From the NCBI RefSeq assembly GCF_001194135.2, contig NC_068983.1:73802423-73849374 (forward strand): a DNA stretch of 46,952 nucleotides. Direction: 5' to 3'. Both the position numbers and the translations under genes were made by a program. The notes below the pieces were generated by a model. The model saw only the letters and a program-made list of their open reading frames with translations. It was not told the origin of the DNA and made no database searches. Of the stretch, positions 11,037 to 23,890 are shown piece by piece; within the stretch, counting starts at the first letter, position 1; every line of letters starts with the position of its first letter. This DNA comes from Octopus bimaculoides (taxonomy: Eukaryota).

Positions 11037-12165
11037 GTTTAATGTCCGCTTTCCATGCTGGCATAGGTTGGACAGTTTGACTGAGGTCTGGCAAGCCAGT
11101 GGGCTGCACCAAGCTCCAATCTGATCTGGCAATGTTTCTACAGCTGGATGCCCATCCTAATGCCAACCACTCTGAGAGTGTAATGGGTGCTTTTTATGTG
11201 CCACCAGCATGGGAGTCAGTCAGGCAGCTCTGGCATTGTCCACATTCAGATGGTGGTTTTTACATTCTACTGGCATGGGAGCCAGTCAGAGGGCATTGGC
11301 ATTGACCATGTTCAGATGATGCATTTTACATGCCATTGGCATGGAAGCCAGTCAGGTGGTACTAGCCACAGCTACGATTTCGATTTTACTTGACTCAACA
11401 GGTCTTCTCAAGCATATTATATCACCTGATGCTTCAGGGGTACTTTTAAATGGGTTGGTCATGCAACACTGGCATTGGCCAAGGCTGCAATTTCACTATA
11501 TTTACTGGGTCTTCTCAGTCACAGCATACCTCCAAAGGTCTTGGCCCCTTGTCATTGCCTCTGTGTGGCCCAACATTCGAAGGTCATGCTTCAGCATCTC
11601 ATCCCATGTCTTCCTGGGTCTACCTCTTCCACAGGTTTCTTCCACTGTTAGTGTGTGGCACTTCCTTACACAGCTGTCCTCAACCATATGTAACACATGA
11701 CCACACCAGTGCAGTTGTCTCTCTTGCACATCACATTTGATGCTTCTTATGTCCAACTTTTCTCTCAGGTGCTTACACTCTGTCACGTATGCACACTGAC
11801 ATTACACATCCAGCGGATCATACTAGCTTCATTTCTTTCAAGTCTATGCATGTCCTCAGCAGTCATAGCCCATGTTTCACTGCCGTGTAGCATGGCAGTT
11901 TGCACACATGCATCATACAATCTACCTTACACCCTGGGTAAGAGGTCCTTAGTTGCCAGTAGAGGTAGGAGCTCTCTGAACTTTGCCCAGGCTACTTTTA
12001 TTCTAGCAGCTATGCTCTCAGAGCATCCACTCCCACTACAGACTTGGTCGCCTAGGTAGCGGAAGCTATCAGCTACTTCTAGTTTTTCCCACTGGCATGT
12101 GATGGAATCTGCTTTCTGTACATCTTCAGTGTTCCTTGTTCCTGTGCATCTGACACACAAAAACT
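10955..12165 (-). mobile_element. 5'-truncated RTE-clade LINE: degenerate RT C-terminus, 3'UTR and (GAT)n tail
   Basis: EKLEVADSFRYLGDQVCSGSGCSESIAARIKVAWAKFRELLPLL (11927-12160) and ERQLHWCGHVLHMVEDSCVRKCHTLTVEETCGRGRPRKTWDE (11502-11786) are RTE RT C-terminal motifs. (CAT)n tail at about 10965-11037. Confidence 0.9.
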
Positions 12166-13019
12166 ATCTTCCCGGTTAATCTTCCTTTGATATTGCTGCA
12201 CCTCTTATGTGTCCATACCTTACACCGGGTACATGTTATGGAGTTTCTGTCTATGCCTTTTGTACAGATTGAGCAGGACCATCTACCTGAAGGGGTTTGT
12301 GATTTATCGGCCTTCCTACTTGCTAGATTTTAAGTTTAAATTCTTCTAAGGTCGATTTTACCTTTCATTTTTCTGAACCAATAAAATAACTACCAGATGA
12401 GGACTGGAGTTGATGTAATTGTCTAGCCGCCCACCTTTTCTTAATTTCAGACCTTGTGCTTATGGTAGAAAGGATTATTGATAGGTTGTTCACCCACATA
12501 ATTTAATTGTTTACATCCTGTCACAAGATCTGTCAGAAGAGTAGTACTTAACATTCCAAATTCAAGTTTCCGTCCAGTTATTGTTGTTTGAGATCTCTCC
12601 TTGGTTAATAAATTAGTGAAGTGTGAATAAATTATAAGGAAAATCAATTTAAATTGGGCTGTAAATTACTAAAAATTCCACAGATATCTACTGGTAGAAC
12701 TGTATGGGTGGAAGTTGACAAGGTGTAATTTGAGCAGCAGGAGCAGGTAGTAATTGAACCATTTATTTGAAGGATAATCAAAACATTTCTGTTGTAACAT
12801 GAGTGAGCGGATACAAAACTGGAATGATGCTTTGGGACATCACATGGTGCTGGTCAAGACAATGTGTCGTGTTCTTGCTTTCACAGTGCTGTCAGTTCTT
12901 GAAGTGAAAGGCTCCAACAACTTGTAGTTGACTAGGACTGTTACATACAAAGGGCTTCTGTATATGATAAACACATATACACACCACACACACAAACAAA
13001 TACATACACACAGAAATAC

Positions 13020-13200
13020 ACACACACATGATGGGTGGGCATCTGTACATTTCCTATTTGCCTATTTTCACTCACGTAGCATTGATCAACCTGAGGCATA
13101 TAGTAGAAGACATTTATCCAAAATGCCATGGAGATGGATTGAACCCAACACCATTTGGTAGTGAAGCAGACTTCTTACCCATAGAACTATGCTTGCTGCA
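13020..13200 (-). mobile_element. SINE family A 5' half, degenerate
   Basis: cactcacgtagcattgatcaacctgaggcatatagtagaagac..gattgaacccaacaccatttgg. Confidence 0.7.
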
Positions 13201-13314
13201 AAGATATTTATTCATAATCCTTGCTGTATTGGTACTTTAGTAACTGATATTAGGTGGTGTTTTTTTTATTCCTTTACACAATAAATATTTTCAAAATTTT
13301 AATCACCACATACA

Positions 13315-13975
13315 TCATCATCGTTTAAAGTCCGCTTTCCATGCTAGCATGGGTTGGACGATTTGACTGAGGACTGGTGAAACCAGATGGCTACACCAGG
13401 CTCCAATCTAATTTGGCAGAGTTTCTACAGCTGGATGCCCTTCCTAACGCCAACCACTCCAAGAGTGTAGTGGGTGCTTTTACATGCCACCGGCACGAAG
13501 GCCAGTCAGGCGGTACTGGCAACAGCCACACTCAAAATGGTGTATTTTATGTGCCACCTGCACAGGAGTCAGTCCAGTGGCACTGGCAACGATCTCGCTC
13601 GGATGTCNNNNNNNNNNGGCAGAGTTTCTACAGCTGGATGCCCTTCCTAACGCCAACCACTCCAAGAGTGTAGTGGGTGCTTTTACATGCCACCGGCACG
13701 AAGGCCAGTCAGGCGGTACTGGCAACAGCCACACTCAAAATGGTGTATTTTATGTGCCACCTGCACAGGAGTCAGTCCAGTGGCACTGGCAACGATCTCG
13801 CTCGGATGTCTTTACATGTGCCACCGGCACAAGTGCCAGTAAGGCGACGCTGGGCACAGGTGCCATCACGATTCCGCTTTTGCTTGCCCCAACAGGTCTT
13901 CGCAAGCCGAGTTTCATGTCCAATAAAGGAGACAACGTTGGCATGAGTGCCAGTCGTCGAATTTAGTTCGATTCC
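13315..13975 (-). mobile_element. RTE LINE 3'UTR fragment (about 190 bp duplicated across a 10-N gap)
   Basis: catcatcgtttaaagtccgctttccatgctagcatgggttggacg.. shared with 11038 onward. Confidence 0.85.
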
Positions 13976-14299
13976 ATCTAACCATTTCTCTTCACATTGT
14001 TATGTAATTCTCCCTCTCTGTCCTCGCTGCCCACTCACCCAGTCCAATCCTCTCTATCACTTTACCTATATCTACCCCTACCACTGTACCTTGATGGTAT
14101 ATCTTGACGCAAACCCATCATCTTTTCTCTCTCTCTCTCTCAATCTGTCCACCTTCAGTCTTTCTCTCCCCTCTTTATCAACTGGGGCATCCTTGTAATT
14201 CTTGTACAGCAAGACACCTATCTCTGTCTCTCTGTTATTTTAATCTCTCAACTGGCACAAAACCACTTCCCTCAATAATACTGCTTTCCTGTTCCAGTT

Positions 14300-14568
14300 G
14301 AGGAGACTTTGTCTTGCCAGTTACTTGGTGACCCCATGGGTGTTGGTGCAAAAAAAAAAAAAGAAAAAGAAAGAAAAAAAAGCATCCAGCACACTCTGCA
14401 AAGTGATTAATGTTAGGAAGGGTATCCAGCCTTAGAAAGGAAGCCAAAACAAACAATAGAGCTCAGCACAGCCCCCTGGCTTGCCAACGCTTGTCAAACC
14501 ACTAGTCCCATGCCAGTATGGAAAACAGACTTTAAATGATGGTGGTGACGATGATGATGATGATGATG

Positions 14569-14614
<46 letters not shown>

Positions 14615-14625
14615 CGACAATGATG
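14300..14625 (+). mobile_element. RTE LINE 3' end with (GAT)n tail
   Basis: gttaggaagggtatccagcc..ccatgccagtatggaaaacagactttaaatgatgg(tga)n. Confidence 0.75.
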
Positions 14626-14867
14626 CCAATGATCTGAATATGATATAATCATCTGTTTTATTTAACTTGTGAAACTTATCTTAATTACCAGAAATAAAAC
14701 CAAGTGACTCACCCACCCACCCAAATATCTACTAATCTTCTGGTTTCACCAAAGTCATTTTCTTCAGTTTTCTTTTTTTTTTTTTTCTTTATGACGTTTA
14801 TCCTCCGCCTTTTAGCTGCTGCTATGAAGGAAGTTTCTTCAATATTCACTTGTTATGTGACCTTTTA

Positions 14868-14898
<31 letters not shown>

Positions 14899-15904
14899 NN
14901 NNNNNNNNNNNNNNNNNNNNNNNNNNNNNNNNNNNNNNNNNNNNNNNNNNNNNNNNNNNNNNNNNNNNNNNNNNNNNNNNNNNNNNNNNNNNNNNNNNNN
15001 NNNNNNNNNNNNNNNNNNNNNNNNNNNNNNNNNNNNNNNNNNNNNNNNNNNNNNNNNNNNNNNNNNNNNNNNNNNNNNNNNNNNNNNNNNNNNNNNNNNN
15101 NNNNNNNNNNNNNNNNNNNNNNNNNNNNNNNNNNNNNNNNNNNNNNNNNNNNNNNNNNNNNNNNNNNNNNNNNNNNNNNNNNNNNNNNNNNNNNNNNNNN
15201 NNNNNNNNNNNNNNNNNNNNNNNNNNNNNNNNNNNNNNNNNNNNNNNNNNNNNNNNNNNNNNNNNNNNNNNNNNNNNNNNNNNNNNNNNNNNNNNNNNNN
15301 NNNNNNNNNNNNNNNNNNNNNNNNNNNNNNNNNNNNNNNNNNNNNNNNNNNNNNNNNNNNNNNNNNNNNNNNNNNNNNNNNNNNNNNNNNNNNNNNNNNN
15401 NNNNNNNNNNNNNNNNNNNNNNNNNNNNNNNNNNNNNNNNNNNNNNNNNNNNNNNNNNNNNNNNNNNNNNNNNNNNNNNNNNNNNNNNNNNNNNNNNNNN
15501 NNNNNNNNNNNNNNNNNNNNNNNNNNNNNNNNNNNNNNNNNNNNNNNNNNNNNNNNNNNNNNNNNNNNNNNNNNNNNNNNNNNNNNNNNNNNNNNNNNNN
15601 NNNNNNNNNNNNNNNNNNNNNNNNNNNNNNNNNNNNNNNNNNNNNNNNNNNNNNNNNNNNNNNNNNNNNNNNNNNNNNNNNNNNNNGACTCTCGCTGTGT
15701 ATCTAAATATTCATATATATGTGTTTATGTATGTACATGTATGTGATTGTATGTGTGTAAGTGAGAGGGGGAGAGAGAGTGAGAGGGAGAGAGAGAGAAG
15801 GGATGAAAGAAAGAAACTGTGTGGTCGGGTGTGTGAATTTGTGTGAATGTGTGTGTGTGTGTGTGTATCATTGTTTTATAATGTGAACATTAAAAAATTG
15901 CTTG

Positions 15905-15944
<40 letters not shown>

Positions 15945-18089
15945 CTCTTTGTATCACTATGTAAATCTCTAAACTATGAGTTAGCAGATGTGTATGACTT
16001 AGTGTGTGTATGTGTGTGTGCGTGTATATGCGTGTGTGTGTGTGTGTGCATGCATGTGAGACTTGAGTGCGTGCAAAACTGTTTCACTGTGTAGACATCT
16101 AAATATTAGTTTGTGAGTGGTATGTGTGAGTGTGTGTATGTGTATGTGTGAGTGAATGTGTGTGTGTGTGTGTGTAGAACTGTTTTATTGTGCAACTTTC
16201 TAAATATTAGTGTGTATTCACATATCTGTGCATGTCTATGTACCTGTATGTGAGTGTATCTGTATATGTGTGTGCGTGTGTGTTTGTGNNNNNNNNNNAT
16301 ATATATATATATATATATATATAATATGTAAGGATATAAGTATATATATAAATGTGTGTGTGTGTATATATATATATCTGTGTATATATATACACACACA
16401 TACGCATATATGTATATATATATATATGTGTGTGAGTATATATACATATATATATATATATATGTATATTTATATATATGCATGCACACGTTTATGCACT
16501 CATTCATTCACACCAATTTCTTCATATATACAGGCCCATGCATGCACTTTCACATATGCACTTGCAAATGCTATCACACTCACATACACATACATATATA
16601 CACACACACATATGCACACAATAAACCACCACACTGTGGTAGCAGACAAACACAGCATACTTCCCTTATAATCACATACATACATACATACTTAGATGCA
16701 CACTTGTACACTCACACACACTTATTTGCACTTGTAGACACATGCACTTTCATGCTGCCTTTCACGAATGTACCAACACTTAAATACACTAACATAGATG
16801 TATACACTCTTGCACATATACACTCACCCTGAGAAAGAAGTATATAAATATGGTCTGTTCAACATAATTTTTAATTGTTACAGTGACCTGGGACTCTCGC
16901 TGTGTATCTAAATATTCATATATATGTGTTTATGTATGTACATGTATGTGATTGTATGTGTGTAAGTGAGAGGGGGAGAGAGAGTGAGAGGGAGAGAGAG
17001 AGAAGGGATGAAAGAAAGAAACTGTGTGGTCGGGTGTGTGAATTTGTGTGAATGTGTGTGTGTGTGTGTGTATCATTGTTTTATAATGTGAACATTAAAA
17101 AATTGCTTGCTGNNNNNNNNNNNNNNNNNNNNNNNNNNNNNNNNNNNNNNNNNNNNNNNNNNNNNNNNNNNNNNNNNNNNNNNNNNNNNNNNNNNNNNNN
17201 NNNNNNNNNNNNNNNNNNNNNNNNNNNNNNNNNNNNNNNNNNNNNNNNNNNNNNNNNNNNNNNNNNNNNNNNNNNNNNNNNNNNNNNNNNNNNNNNNNNN
17301 NNNNNNNNNNNNNNNNNNNNNNNNNNNNNNNNNNNNNNNNNNNNNNNNNNNNNNNNNNNNNNNNNNNNNNNNNNNNNNNNNNNNNNNNNNNNNNNNNNNN
17401 NNNNNNNNNNNNNNNNNNNNNNNNNNNNNNNNNNNNNNNNNNNNNNNNNNNNNNNNNNNNNNNNNNNNNNNAGAGAGTGAGAGGGAGAGAGAGAGAAGGG
17501 ATGAAAGAAAGAAACTGTGTGGTCGGGTGTGTGAATTTGTGTGAATGTGTGTGTGTGTGTGTGTAGAACTGTTTTATTGTGCAACTTTCTAAATATTAGT
17601 GTGTATTCACATATCTGTGCATGTCTATGTACCTGTATGTGAGTGTATCTGTATATGTGTGTGCGTGTGTGTTTGTGTCCACATGCGTGAATGTGTATAT
17701 GTGTGTGTGAGTATATGTAGGTAACCACTTTATCTATAGGTTTGAATGTAATTGGATATCTGTGTTCGTGAGTGTGTTTTTCTATCTCGTATATACATAT
17801 GTATATTAAGTCGGTGACTGGTTGAGTATACATGTGTGTGGCGAAACAATATGTAGGTTTTTGTGTATAAGTACAATATGACAGTGTGTATGCATATATA
17901 GATTTCTATGTGTGAACACACTAATATATGTGTTTATGTGTGTATATGTGCTTATGAAAATGTGATATTTTGCACACACGTGAACATGATGTGTGTGTTT
18001 GTATATGCCATTGCGCAAATATGATATATTGTGTGATTGTATATAATATTGTATATGTATGATATTTTGTGTGTGAAATTTACCTTTCA

Positions 18090-18270
18090 CTTGTTTCAGT
18101 TATTAGACTGTGGCCATACTGGGGTACCACCTAGAACAGATTTTAGTTGAATAAGCCTGGTACTTATTCTATCGGTTTCTTTTGCCAATCTGCTGAGTTA
18201 CAGGGACATAAACACACCAACATTGGTTATCAAGCAGTGCTAGGGAGACACGAATACACAAAGACACATG
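18090..18270 (-). mobile_element. SINE family A 3' half
   Basis: cttgtttcagt..actgtggccatactgg..aagcctggtacttattctatcgg. Confidence 0.75.
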
Positions 18271-18312
<42 letters not shown>

Positions 18313-18440
18313 TTAATGTCTGCTCTCCATGCTGGCATGGGTTAGATGGTTTGCCCGGAACTGGTCAACTGGAGAACTGCACCAGGTTCCAGTCTGATTT
18401 GGCATGTTTTCTACAGCTGGATGCTCTTCCTAATGCATAT
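18270..18440 (-). mobile_element. RTE LINE 3' end
   Basis: (cat)n-ttaatgtctgctctccatgctggcatgggttagatgg..ctacagctggatgc. Confidence 0.8.
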
Positions 18441-18822
18441 NNNNNNNNNNNNNNNNNNNNNNNNNNNNNNNNNNNNNNNNNNNNNNNNNNNNNNNNNNNN
18501 NNNNNNNNNNNNNNNNNNNNNNNNNNNNNNNNNNNNNNNNNNNNNNNNNNNNNNNNNNNNNNNNNNNNNNNNNNNNNNNNNNNNNNNNNNNNNNNNNNNN
18601 NNNNNNNNNNNNNNNNNNNNNNNNNNNNNNNNNNNNNNNNNNNNNNNNNNNNNNNNNNNNNNNNNNNNNNNNNNNNNNNNNNNNNNNNNNNNNNNNNNNN
18701 NNNNNNNNNNNNNNNNNNNNNNNNNNNNNNNNNNNNNNNNNNNNNNNNNNNNNNNNNNNNNNNNNNNNNNNNNNNNNNNNNNNNNNNNNNNNNNNNNNNN
18801 NNNNNNNNNNNNNNNNNNNNNN

Positions 18823-18857
<35 letters not shown>

Positions 18858-18859
<2 letters not shown>

Positions 18860-19047
18860 GTGGCACGTAAAAGCACCCATTACACTCTCAGAATGGTTGG
18901 CGTTAGGAAGGACATCCAGCTGTAGAAACCATGTCAAATCAGACTGGAGCCTAGTGTAGCCATCTGGTTCACCGGTCCTCAGTCAAATCGTCCAACCCAT
19001 GCTAGCATGGAAAGCGGACATTAAACGATGATGATGATGATGATGAT
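18858..19047 (+). mobile_element. RTE LINE 3' end
   Basis: gtggcacgtaaaagcacc..ggcgttaggaaggacatccagctgtagaaac..ggaaagcggacattaaacgatgatgat. Confidence 0.85.
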
Positions 19048-19059
19048 GTATATATGTAT

Positions 19060-19240
19060 ATATATGACAGGCTGCTTTCAGTTTCTGTTTATTTAATCTA
19101 CTCACAAGGCTTTGGCTGGCCCAGGGCTATAGTTGAAGACAGTTGCCTAAAGTGCTGTGCAGTGGAACTGAACTCGGGACCATGTGGTTGGAAGGCAAAC
19201 TTCTTACTGCACAGCCACACGTGCTCCTATGCCACTCCTG
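19060..19240 (-). mobile_element. SINE family A 5' half
   Basis: ctgctttcagtttct..ctcacaaggctttgg..gaactgaactcgggaccatgtggttg..acagccac. Confidence 0.75.
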
Positions 19241-19394
19241 TGCCAATATTGTGTGTATGATTGTGTAAAATATGGTGTGTTTAACTTATTCTCATGTCTG
19301 CATATTGTCTGGGGAGCAGTGTGAGTGAGTATGTGTGCCTGTGTAGAAGAGACTGTCTGTAATATAATAGCCATATATGATATTCCTGTGTTCT

Positions 19395-19812
19395 TTTACT
19401 TGTTTTGGTCATTTTGGCTGCAGTCATGCTGGAGCATTGCTTTTTTAGCCAAAGAAATCGACGCCAGGACTTATTCTTTGTAAGCACGGTACTTATTCTA
19501 TTAGTGTCTTTTGCTGAACTTCTAAGTTACAGGGATGTAAACACATCAACATTGGTTGTCAAGCGATGGTGGAGGGGGGACAAGCACAAACACACACACA
19601 CACACACACACATAGATATATACATATATTTGATTTAGCAATCAACAAATCGGCATGCTTGATCACTAAATCCACAATTTTTATTAATTTTCTCTCTGTT
19701 TATTTTCTCTTATTCCTTTCTGTCGAAGAGCGTAGGCTCAAAACATAAAAGACTTTCTCACTTTCTTGTTGTTCATACACGTGTCTTCCTCTTTTGTTTT
19801 TGTGTAAATCTT

Positions 19813-19881
<69 letters not shown>

Positions 19882-20255
19882 CGACGGGCTTCTTTCAGTT
19901 TCTTTTTTTATTTAGTTTAAAAAATTTTTTTTTTTATTGCTCACAAGGGGCTAAACATAGAGAGGACAAACAAAGACAGACAAAGAGAATAAGTCAATTA
20001 CATCAACCCCAGTGCATAACTGGTACTTAATTTATCGACCCCGAAAGGATGAAAGGCAAAGTCAACCTTGGTGGAATTTGAACTCAGAACGTAACGACAG
20101 ACAAAATACCACTAAGCATTTTGCCCGGCATGCTAACGTTTCTACCAACTCACCACCTTTCAGTTTCTGTCTACCAAATCCACTCACAAGGCTTTGGTCG
20201 GCCCAAAGCTATAGTAGAAGACCCTTGCCCAAAGTGTCACACAGTGGGACTGAAC
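19395..20255 (-). mobile_element. SINE family A copy carrying two nested insertions
   Basis: Family A segments at 19395-19612, 19880-19903 and 20157-20255, with a hammerhead-like-family element at about 19640-19815 and a family B SINE at 19904-20156. Confidence 0.75.
19904..20156 (-). mobile_element. SINE family B, full length, with TSD
   Basis: CTTTCAGTTTCT at 19892-19903 and 20157-20168; matches the reverse complement of 24765-25000. Confidence 0.85.
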
Positions 20256-20349
20256 GCAGAGTGAATTATTGTAATGAGAGTAGAGAGAATAAAAGTAATT
20301 ATAGTTACAATGAATGGATTATAAGCAGTGACAATGAACGGATTATAAC

Positions 20350-20510
20350 CAACCCTTTTGTTACCATATCTCTGTTGAAATACACTCTCTTTTTTTCAAT
20401 TGATTTTGAAAATAATAAAGAATTTAGTAAAACGGCTTCGTCATTATTATGCTAGTGTTTTGAATATAAATTGACATGAAATTTTGATAGAAAGTTTATA
20501 TTTAGACTGC
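20350..20510 (-). mobile_element. Partial piggyBac-like MITE end
   Basis: aacccttttgttaccatatctctgttgaaat is close to the reverse complement of atttcaacagaagtatggtaacaaaagggtt at about 44730-44762. Confidence 0.55.
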
Positions 20511-20689
20511 TTGAAAATGGGAAGTTTCAAAACTATGGGTAATCTCAGTGGAGTTGATATGAAAAGGGTTAAATAGATACTATAATGGGAGCATAGGACA
20601 GTGTTTCTCATAAGGACAACTTGGGAGGAATTGAAGAGGGCACAAGATAAATTGCAATCTTTTATTATTTATTTGTTTCTCTCATTGGA

Positions 20690-21010
20690 TTATGGACATG
20701 TGGAGGCATCACCTTGAAAGGTTTTAGTCAAACAGATTGACCCCCCAGCATTTATTGACCTCTGTTGTCAAACTGCTAAGTTACAGGGATGTAAACAAAC
20801 TAACATTAGTTGTTAAGTGGTGGTATAAGGGAACAACCATAGACACAAAAACACATCTGCACACACATAATGTGCTACCACAGTTTCCATCTACCGAAAA
20901 CACTCACAAGGTATTTGTTGGCCTGAAGCTATAGTAGAAGATACTTGCTTAAGATGTCACTTGGTAAGATTGAACCTGAAACCACATAGTGGTAAAGTGA
21001 GCTTCTTAAA
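20690..21010 (-). mobile_element. SINE family A, degenerate
   Basis: ctgctaagttacagggatgtaaac..cagtttccatctacc..ctcacaagg..ctatagtagaagatacttgc. Confidence 0.75.
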
Positions 21011-21396
21011 TAAAAAGCCATATTTACACAATGTTTAATTAACTTAAAATGGTTTTAAACTTTTTAAACTTGTCCAATTCCATAGCAAAAAAAAAATAAT
21101 AATAATAATATGGATGCAGAATCATTTGTTTTTATTTATAAAGAGGGAAGAGTTAAAAATTTGATTAACATTTTGTGAAGGAGGGGTGTATCTATTATTT
21201 AATAGTTTGTGAACCATTTGTTGGCTGTTATAAATTAGCATGGAAGCATGGGTGATATGAAATACCATAACTTCCAACATAGAGGTCACATTTTGCAGAC
21301 CTAGATAGACAGTTACAAAAAGCAAAAAAACAAAAACAAAAAAGGAGGTCAAAATGATTTTGGAAGACCAGAAATTCTATGTAAAATGCAATAGGA

Positions 21397-21489
21397 TTTG
21401 GAAAGATAATGAATAATGAATAATGAATTTGGAAAGATAATGAATAATGAATAATGAATTTGGAAAAATAATGAATAATGAATAATGAA
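21397..21489. repeat. 31-bp tandem repeat x3 built from a TAATGAA heptamer
   Basis: TTTGGAAAGA(TAATGAA)3 at 21397, 21428 and 21459. Confidence 0.9.
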
Positions 21490-21536
21490 AATATTCTAAC
21501 AAGAAGGCTTCAACATGATTGTTCAGCCTGTTAAAG

Positions 21537-22181
21537 CAGTGGTTCTCAACCATTTTTAGTCAATAGACCTCTTTGATTTCTATTTTACTCAGATGGGTCC
21601 TCGTAGCTATTTGATGTTGAAAAATTCTATTTTACTTTTATAATTAAATATTATTAGGAATTGTACAAAAAGAAAAAAAGAAAAATTGTTAAAATATTCT
21701 ATCTATTGTAGAAGTTGTTGTTGTTGGCACTCCGTCGCTTATGATGTCGAGGGTTCCAGTTGATCCGATCAACGGAACAGCCTGCTCATGAAATTAACGT
21801 GCAAGTGGCTGAGCACTCCACAGACACGTGTACCCTTAATGTAGTTCTCGGGGATATTCAGCATGACACAGTGTGACAAGGCTGACCCTTTGAATTACAG
21901 GCACAACAGAAACAGGAAGTAAGAGAAAGTTGTGGTGAAAGAGTACAGCAGGGTTCGCCACCGTCCCCTGCTGGAGCCTCATGGAGCTTTAGGTGTTTTT
22001 GCTCAATAAACACTTACAATGCCCGGTCTGGGAATTGAAACCGCAATCCTATGACCATGAGTCCGCTGCCCTAACCACTGGGCCATTGCGTCTCCATTGT
22101 AGAAGTATAACCAATTTATTGCACATAATTTTTAACAACAAAATCTTATATGGACACCCCAAGGGCCATGTGAACTCCCGA
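21537..22181 (+). mobile_element. hAT-like MITE interrupted by a family D SINE; 3' end lost in the gap
   Basis: Starts CAGTGGTTCTCAAC (MER5/Charlie-like TIR); homologous to the inverted copy at 39738-40198. Confidence 0.65.
21716..22095 (-). mobile_element. tRNA-headed SINE family D, full length, (CAA)n tail, 11-bp TSD
   Basis: Reverse-complement head tggagacgcaatggcccagtggttagggcagcggactc..gcggtttcaattccc; TSD ATTGTAGAAGT at 21705-21715 and 22096-22106. Confidence 0.88.
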
Positions 22182-22533
22182 TNNNNNNNNNNNNNNNNNN
22201 NNNNNNNNNNNNNNNNNNNNNNNNNNNNNNNNNNNNNNNNNNNNNNNNNNNNNNNNNNNNNNNNNNNNNNNNNNNNNNNNNNNNNNNNNNNNNNNNNNNN
22301 NNNNNNNNNNNNNNNNNNNNNNNNNNNNNNNNNNNNNNNNNNNNNNNNNNNNNNNNNNNNNNNNNNNNNNNNNNNNNNNNNNNNNNNNNNNNNNNNNNNN
22401 NNNNNNNNNNNNNNNNNNNNNNNNNNNNNNNNNNNNNNNNNNNNNNNNNNNNNNNNNNNNNNNNNNNNNNNNNNNNNNNNNNNNNNNNNNNNNNNNNNNN
22501 NNNNNNNNNNNNNNNNNNNNNNNNNNNNNNNNN

Positions 22534-22584
<51 letters not shown>

Positions 22585-23081
22585 CCTGTTCTCATTTTCA
22601 CTGCATTTAGAACCCTGTACCAATTAGGCATTTAATCTTTCTTCCTCTTTTCAAATGAGGGTACATTTGGGGATCATCATCGTCATCGTCATCATTGTCA
22701 TTGTCGAAATAGTCATTGTCGTCGTCATCATCATCGTCGTCGACATCACCGTCATCATCATTTAACGTTCGTTTTCTATGCTGGCATGGGTTGGACATCA
22801 CCAACCGAATTAAATCTTGCTAGTTTCCATCTAGAAGAGACTGCTAGGTTGTAAAACAACAACAAAAAAAAACCAACCAAACAACAAAAATACTAAGAAA
22901 CAACTTTGAAGCAGTCTATTGAGTTTGCTTTAATGACAGATAAATATTAACAAATTATTTCATAGCAAAAACCAAGTGATACAATCATTTGTTTCCTTCC
23001 TCCTTCAGCTTCACTGCGCCTGTCTGCCTCTCTTTCCCTCTCTGTATATCCATTTGTATATCACCCCACATCATTCTCCCC

Positions 23082-23129
<48 letters not shown>

Positions 23130-23890
23130 NNNNNNNNNNNNNNNNNNNNNNNNNNNNNNNNNNNNNNNNNNNNNNNNNNNNNNNNNNNNNNNNNNNNNNN
23201 NNNNNNNNNNNNNNNNNNNNNNNNNNNNNNNNNNNNNNNNNNNNNNNNNNNNNNNNNNNNNNNNNNNNNNNNNNNNNNNNNNNNNNNNNNNNNNNNNNNN
23301 NNNNNNNNNNNNNNNNNNNNNNNNNNNNNNNNNNNNNNNNNNNNNNNNNNNNNNNNNNNNNNNNNNNNNNNNNNNNNNNNNNNNNNNNNNNNNNNNNNNN
23401 NNNNNNNNNNNNNNNNNNNNNNNNNNNNNNNNNNNNNNNNNNNNNNNNNNNNNNNNNNNNNNNNNNNNNNNNNNNNNNNNNNNNNNNNNNNNNNNNNNNN
23501 NNNNNNNNNNNNNNNNNNNNNNNNNNNNNNNNNNNNNNNNNNNNNNNNNNNNNNNNNNNNNNNNNNNNNNNNNNNNNNNNNNNNNNNNNNNNNNNNNNNN
23601 NNNNNNNNNNNNNNNNNNNNNNNNNNNNNNNNNNNNNNNNNNNNNNNNNNNNNNNNNNNNNNNNNNNNNNNNNNNNNNNNNNNNNNNNNNNNNNNNNNNN
23701 NNNNNNNNNNNNNNNNNNNNNNNNNNNNNNNNNNNNNNNNNNNNNNNNNNNNNNNNNNNNNNNNNNNNNNNNNNNNNNNNNNNNNNNNNNNNNNNNNNNN
23801 NNNNNNNNNNNNNNNNNNNNNNNNNNNNNNNNNNNNNNNNNNNNNNNNNNNNNNNNNNNNNNNNNNNNNNNNNNNNNNNNNNNNNNNNNT

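Noticed and set aside
13413-13807. Apparent tandem duplication of about 190 bp of RTE 3'UTR
   Set aside because: Essentially identical copies on either side of a 10-N gap; typical unmerged contig overlap
15688-17680. Three near-identical blocks (15688-16288, 16892-17112, 17472-17680)
   Set aside because: Near-100% identity, adjacent to gaps and microsatellites; most likely haplotype or scaffolding redundancy rather than real segmental duplication
10306-21489. CRISPR-like interpretation of the short tandem repeats (10306, 21397)
   Set aside because: Eukaryotic sequence, no unique spacers, no cas genes
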